NCBI GenBank assembly: GCA_030141605.1
Contig: JAQGDQ010000216.1
Span: forward strand, 124,001 to 188,000
Direction of reading: 5' to 3'
Length of the DNA stretch: 64,000 bases
Source: Tubiluchus corallicola
Lineage: Eukaryota; Animalia; Priapulida
Shown here piece by piece: positions 59,579 through 64,000 of this stretch (position 1 is its first letter; each line of letters opens with the position of its first letter). A model generated the notes under the pieces. The model saw only the letters and a program-made list of their open reading frames with translations, was not told where the DNA came from and did no database searches. A program made the position numbers and the translations under genes.

Positions 59579-62407
59579 TTAACGAAGTGTTTCTTTGTGT
59601 TGGGATATTTTGGGGTAGAGGTATTTCCCTGTGTGAGATCTACTGCATTTTACAAGGTTTTCTGGTGTTCCTTCAAATACTACTTCCCCTCCTTTGTCTC
59701 CGCCTTCTGCCCCTATGTCAATTATCCAGTCGGCAGATTTTATCACCTCCAAGTTGTGTTCAATAATCAAAACGGTATGCCCGCGATTTATAAGGGCATT
59801 AAGAGAGTTGAGCAGTATGTGAATGTCATAAAGGTGAAGGCCGGTGGTGGGTTCATCAAATATGAAAAGGGTAGGGGAGCTTTTCTCTTTTGATAGGAAG
59901 TATGCAAGTTTTACTCTTTGGCTTTCACCACCTGAAAGAGTACTTGATGATTGCCCCAGTTTAAGGTATCCCAACCCCACATTTTGCAAGGGTTTTAATT
60001 TTTTTACGATTTTTTTGCAATAAGAGTTGTTTTGGTCTCCAAAGAAAGTTAGTGCCTGGTTTACTGTCAGCTCAAGGATATCGTTAATGTTTTTCTCCAT
60101 AAACGTGACCTCAAGTATATCTGCTTTAAATCTTTTCCCTTTGCAGCTTTCACATGTAAGGTGTATGTCTGCCATAAATTGCATTTCTACCTTTATAATT
60201 CCTTCTCCCTGGCACTCTTCACATCGTCCCCCATCAATATTGAACGAAAAATGGGATGCTTTGAAGTTGTTTATTTTTGATGCCTGTTGGTCTGCATACA
60301 GTTTTCTAATATCGTCATACGCTTTGAGGTAAGTGACAGGGTTTGATCGTGATGATTTTCCGATAGGGTTTTGGTCTACAAGCTCAACGCCTGCAAGAAG
60401 GTTCATATCTCCTTGCAGTCTGGAGTGGCTCCCCGTTTTTTCTCCGTAGCCCCCATAGTATTTGTTCAAAGCGGGAAATAGGGTATTTCTTACAAGTGAG
60501 GATTTCCCTGAGCCGCTAACTCCTGTGACTGCTGTCATAATGTTTAACGGAAATTTTACATCAATACTTTTCAGGTTGTTTTCAGAAGCTTCTGTTATTT
60601 CAATAAAGCTGCTCCATTTTCTTCGTTTTGTGGGTGTCTCAATAAGCTTTTTCTTATTGAGATATTGAGCAGTAATACTTTTCTCTTCCTGTTTTAGCTT
60701 TTCAGCTGTTCCCTGAAAAATAATATTACCTCCATTGATTCCAGCCATTGGCCCAATGTCAATTAATTCATCAGCGGCGCGGATAATATCTTCATCGTGC
60801 TCTACTACAATAACTGTATTTCCAAGTTGTTGTAACCTGCGCAAAACGGTAATTAGTCTTTCTGTGTCTCTGGGGTGTAGCCCTATTGAAGGTTCGTCAA
60901 GTATATACATAGAGCCTACAAGGCTGCTACCCAGGGATGTTGCAAGGTTGATTCGCTGTGACTCCCCTCCTGACATGCTTGATGACAGGCGGTTAAGTGT
61001 TAGGTAACCCAGCCCTACGTCACAGAGAAATCCTAGGCGATTTTTTATTTCTGTTAGTAGTCGTCCTGCAATTTCCAAGTCATGCGATGTTAGTTTTATG
61101 TTTTCAATGCGGTGCTTTAATACCGATACAGGCAGGTTAATTAATTCCTGTATTGAGCTCCCATTTATCTTAACATATCCTGCCTCTTTTTTTATACGGG
61201 TTCCAAGGCATTCATTACATCTTGTTTTACCTCTGTAGCGCGACAGCATTACCCGGTATTGTATTTTATAAGATTTACTTTCGATTTGATCAAAAAAGCT
61301 GTTTAGTCCTTTGAAGTAACTATTTCCTGTCCATAGCAGACTCTTTTGTTGTTCGTCAAGCTCATAAAATGGTTTATGAATAGGAAATCCAAACTTATCT
61401 GCACTGAGGAGTAGCCTGTCTTTCCATTTACTCATTTTTTCACCTTTCCAGCAGACAATAGCATCACTATAGATTGATAGTGATTTGTTGGGTATGACAA
61501 GGTCCTCATCGATACCTATTATTTTACCACTACCCTCACACTTTGGGCATGCTCCAACAGGGTTGTTGAAGCTAAACATGTGAGGTGTAGGCTCTTCAAA
61601 TTCTATTCCATCAACTTCGAAGCTGTTTGAGAAGTGCTCTTCGTTGGCAGAATCATCATCTTTTAAAACCTTAACAATGCATGTTCCTTTACCCTCATAG
61701 AATGCAGTCTGTACAGAGTCTGCAACTCTACTTTCCTCTCTGCTGTCTTTAGAAATAGATATTCTGTCTATTACAATACGTACATTCTTATCATTTGCTA
61801 TCTGTTCAATTTTATCATCCTCTGACATTTTGATAATCTCTCCATCGATTTCAATGCGGGTAAATCCTTGTTGACGAAGTATATGTATGTCTTGCAGTAA
61901 TGTTCTGTCACTTTTATGGCGTATAGGAGAAAGCAACATTACCCGGGTTTTGCCAGGGAGAGAGTATATATAATCCACAACATCGCTGGCCTGGTGGCGA
62001 ATGACCTCTTTCCCCGATACTGGAGAGACTGTCTTGCCTATTCTTGCGAATAGCAGTTTCAGGTAGTCGTAAATTTCTGTAGATGTGCCAACAGTAGATC
62101 TTGGATTTCTAGTATTTGTTTTTTGCTCAATAGCAATTGCTGGTGGTATGCCTTTTACATAATCTACCTCCGGTTTATCAATTTTGCCCAAAAATTGCCG
62201 TGCGTAGGAGGACAGGCTTTCCACATAACGTCTTTGTCCTTCTGCAAATAGTGTGTCAAAGGCAAGTGATGATTTACCGGAACCGGATAGGCCTGTTATT
62301 ACAATGAACCTGTTTAAAGGTATTGTCAAGTCTATGTTTTTTAGATTATGAACCCTGGCACCTTTGATTTTTATGCTTTTGGTATCTGAAACGGTGTGTT
62401 TGATCAT
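59579..62407 (-). CDS. uvrA: Excinuclease ABC subunit A
   Basis: [23 protein letters not shown], two ABC domains (SGGESQR), zinc fingers. Confidence 0.97.
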   Translation of the reverse strand: MIKHTVSDTKSIKIKGARVHNLKNIDLTIPLNRFIVITGLSGSGKSSLAFDTLFAEGQRRYVESLSSYARQFLGKIDKPEVDYVKGIPPAIAIEQKTNTRNPRSTVGTSTEIYDYLKLLFARIGKTVSPVSGKEVIRHQASDVVDYIYSLPGKTRVMLLSPIRHKSDRTLLQDIHILRQQGFTRIEIDGEIIKMSEDDKIEQIANDKNVRIVIDRISISKDSREESRVADSVQTAFYEGKGTCIVKVLKDDDSANEEHFSNSFEVDGIEFEEPTPHMFSFNNPVGACPKCEGSGKIIGIDEDLVIPNKSLSIYSDAIVCWKGEKMSKWKDRLLLSADKFGFPIHKPFYELDEQQKSLLWTGNSYFKGLNSFFDQIESKSYKIQYRVMLSRYRGKTRCNECLGTRIKKEAGYVKINGSSIQELINLPVSVLKHRIENIKLTSHDLEIAGRLLTEIKNRLGFLCDVGLGYLTLNRLSSSMSGGESQRINLATSLGSSLVGSMYILDEPSIGLHPRDTERLITVLRRLQQLGNTVIVVEHDEDIIRAADELIDIGPMAGINGGNIIFQGTAEKLKQEEKSITAQYLNKKKLIETPTKRRKWSSFIEITEASENNLKSIDVKFPLNIMTAVTGVSGSGKSSLVRNTLFPALNKYYGGYGEKTGSHSRLQGDMNLLAGVELVDQNPIGKSSRSNPVTYLKAYDDIRKLYADQQASKINNFKASHFSFNIDGGRCEECQGEGIIKVEMQFMADIHLTCESCKGKRFKADILEVTFMEKNINDILELTVNQALTFFGDQNNSYCKKIVKKLKPLQNVGLGYLKLGQSSSTLSGGESQRVKLAYFLSKEKSSPTLFIFDEPTTGLHLYDIHILLNSLNALINRGHTVLIIEHNLEVIKSADWIIDIGAEGGDKGGEVVFEGTPENLVKCSRSHTGKYLYPKISQHKETLR

Positions 62408-62432
62408 TCAGAATATGGTTTGGGCAATTAGA

Positions 62433-62480
62433 TTTGTTTCTGTAAAAAGTTTTTATGTACATTTGCGCAGTACAAAGTTA
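62433..62480. promoter_or_regulatory. Overlapping divergent Bacteroidota promoters (sigma factor and uvrA)
   Basis: + strand TTTG(62433)-N21-TACATTTG(62458-62465); - strand TAACTTTG at 62473-62480. Confidence 0.6.
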
Positions 62481-62561
62481 TAATAGTTTTTGAATCAATA
62501 TTGAAAAATAGAACTGCCTATGAACTATATTTCTACTTTTGAAACCAAAATTTAAGTAACT

Positions 62562-63155
62562 ATGGCAGATTTAAAGAAAATGGATGACTTTACGCTTGTC
62601 CAGAAGTTTATCGATGGGGATCAGGAAGCTTTTGATGCCCTCGCAGCAAGGCACAAAAACCGTGTTTATACTTATATTTTTTTAATTGTTAGAAATAATG
62701 TGACCGCAGAGGATATTTTTCAGGATACTTTTATCAAGGTTATCCAGTCACTAAAAAATGGGAAGTATACAGATAACGGCAAGTTTATTTCTTGGGTTCT
62801 CAGAATAGCTCATAACCTGGTCATAGATCATTTTCGTAAAGAGAAGTATTCGAAGGTGATTTCCAATGATGATACAGAGATTGATCTTTTCAATTCTTCT
62901 AAATTTTCTGATGAAAATATTGAAGATAACTTAGTTCAAAAGCAGATATTCCAAGAGGTGAGATTTTTGGTTGATGAGTTACCGGAAGATCAAAAGCAGG
63001 TTATAGTTCTAAGATACTATATGGAGTTGAGTTTCAAGAATATAGCAGAGCAGACAGGGGTTTCTATAAATACTGCTTTGGGTAGAATGAGGTACGCCTT
63101 GATCAACCTGCGGAAGTTGATAGAACAAAAAAATATCATCCTAACTTTATCATAG
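62562..63155 (+). CDS. ECF RNA polymerase sigma-70 factor
   Basis: AEDIFQDTFIK, SWVLRIAHNLVIDHFR, LPEDQKQV, SFK.IAE.TGVSINTALGRMRYAL. Confidence 0.95.
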   Translation: MADLKKMDDFTLVQKFIDGDQEAFDALAARHKNRVYTYIFLIVRNNVTAEDIFQDTFIKVIQSLKNGKYTDNGKFISWVLRIAHNLVIDHFRKEKYSKVISNDDTEIDLFNSSKFSDENIEDNLVQKQIFQEVRFLVDELPEDQKQVIVLRYYMELSFKNIAEQTGVSINTALGRMRYALINLRKLIEQKNIILTLS

Positions 63156-63269
63156 ACATTCTATTGCCTAGTGCAGTAAAAAGTTTTGAAATGGGACAGT
63201 AATAAATTGGTCCCATTTTTCGTTCTAACAGGTACAAGTAATTCTTTATTAAATTTAAAATTGTAGCCT

Positions 63270-63482
63270 ATGAGAATCTCTACTTTGTATTATGACTCAT
63301 TACTGCAAGTAGAAGGGGATAACACACAGGTGCCTAGTATGAAGGATGTTATCAGGGTGATGGATAAAAGTGGCATTGTGATTGAACCTCCATCAAGATT
63401 AGTTCGACGTATTGTCGATTTTGCGTGTCAATATGCAACTGTTGAGGCAGGCAATGTTACTTGGAGTTTGAGCATGAACTGA
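63270..63482 (+). CDS. Small hypothetical protein downstream of the ECF sigma factor
   Basis: 70 aa with a good upstream A-rich leader; EP.S..V..I..FA..Y...G......N resembles small proteins found after this sigma in Bacteroidota; followed by a terminator. Confidence 0.6.
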   Translation: MRISTLYYDSLLQVEGDNTQVPSMKDVIRVMDKSGIVIEPPSRLVRRIVDFACQYATVEAGNVTWSLSMN

Positions 63483-63502
63483 TAAGTTTGATTTGAAAAG
63501 TA

Positions 63503-63535
63503 TAGCCTGTTTAGTTTTAAGCAGGCTAATTTTTT
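63503..63535 (+). terminator. Rho-independent terminator
   Basis: TAGCCTGTTTA-GTTT-TAAGCAGGCTA followed by a T-run. Confidence 0.8.
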
Positions 63536-63561
63536 GCTTTTTGCATTTGTGATTAAGATTT

Positions 63562-63696
63562 TGAACCTTTTGTGAAATTCATCTTTCTATTTAGTATTTT
63601 TATTAAAATCCTCAATTGTATCAGCAAGTTGCGGTCTTATCATTGATTTTTTCTTCAATCAGATTCAAGTGCTCTTTTGCCTTTGCAAAGGTCTCA
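63562..63696 (-). repeat. Dispersed palindromic MITE-like element, copy 21
   Basis: TGAACCTTTTGTGAAATTCATCTTT...AAAATCCTCAATTGTATCAGCAAGTTGCGG...CTTTGCAAAGGTCTCA (perfect consensus terminal repeat). Confidence 0.88.
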
Positions 63697-63884
63697 TTTT
63701 TTTAAATGTTGTCTAAACTCTTTGTTCCCAATTTTAAAATGAATTAATTTTGTATCGCCTTTATGAAAATTGTCTTTTTTAAGGCTGGATTTTTTTATTT
63801 GTCAGCCGAATCGTAATCATTAGCTGCGCAAGTGTAATGTTTTGATTGTTAGTTGTTTTAAAGATTTAAAGATTAAAAAGTGTT

Positions 63885-64000
63885 ATGAGTAAAAGTTCTT
63901 TACAAATTGAGAGAGCAAAGTATTCCCCCAAGCTGCCTAAGGCTTTACGTGGGGGTGGGGGTATAAAAGTTGTGGAGGGAGAGAGTACTGTCCCTGTAGC
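63885..64000 (+). CDS. pfp: PPi-dependent phosphofructokinase (diphosphate--fructose-6-phosphate 1-phosphotransferase), 3'-partial
   Basis: Translated by hand: MSKSSLQIERAKYSPKLPKALRGGGGIKVVEGESTVPV, matching the N-terminus of Bacteroidota Pfp (S.LQ..R..Y.PKLP.AL). Confidence 0.75.
   Translation, partial: MSKSSLQIERAKYSPKLPKALRGGGGIKVVEGESTVPV

Noticed and set aside
5646-61007. Numerous short antisense or out-of-frame ORFs in the ORF track (e.g. 24324-24884, 27098-27517, 53714-54091)
   Set aside because: They overlap well-supported genes and lack motifs; shadow ORFs.
4977-63696. Dispersed elements as integron attC sites or CRISPR repeats
   Set aside because: No RYYYAAC/GTTRRRY boxes, mixed orientation, flanking housekeeping genes, irregular spacing and no integrase.
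1-64000. tRNA, rRNA or known riboswitches
   Set aside because: No cloverleaf/T-loop, rRNA-like or recognised riboswitch motifs were seen in the spacers; a cmscan would be needed to exclude them fully.

Overview
A 64-kb chromosomal segment from a Bacteroidota (most likely Bacteroidales/Marinilabiliales-like) genome, judged from the SusC/SusD pair, TAnnTTTG promoters and Bacteroidota-type gene families. Most of it is housekeeping: nth, a glycogen cluster, anmK, folX/folB-folK, rsmI, a nagB-like gene, mfd, dgt, gpmI, folE, galE, rfbB, holB, rlmD, serA, yggS, an MscS channel, uvrA, an ECF sigma factor and the start of pfp. The left end (1-2196) is an AT-rich accessory island with an outer-membrane barrel, a small secreted protein and a peptide-maturase-like radical SAM gene. 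A decayed IS3-family element (2197-3755) cuts it and joins it, with no target duplication, to a truncated DUF4249 pseudogene. The strongest unexplained signal is a dispersed non-coding element of about 125-145 bp. Its terminal inverted repeats have consensus TGAGACCTTTGCAAAG...CTTTGCAAAGGTCTCA, around a central CCGCAG-TTTAC-N4-GTAAA-TGAGG hairpin. About 20 highly diverged copies occupy intergenic spacers in both orientations, roughly one per 3 kb, and several show compensatory changes in the central stem. It looks like a MITE or Rickettsia-palindromic-element-like family. Also noted: a ~70-bp tandem repeat in the SusC promoter region, an element-bracketed oxidoreductase plus radical SAM/SPASM pair, and a NagB-like protein lacking the catalytic His. 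No rRNA, tRNA or CRISPR array was seen. All calls were made by eye; no searches were run.
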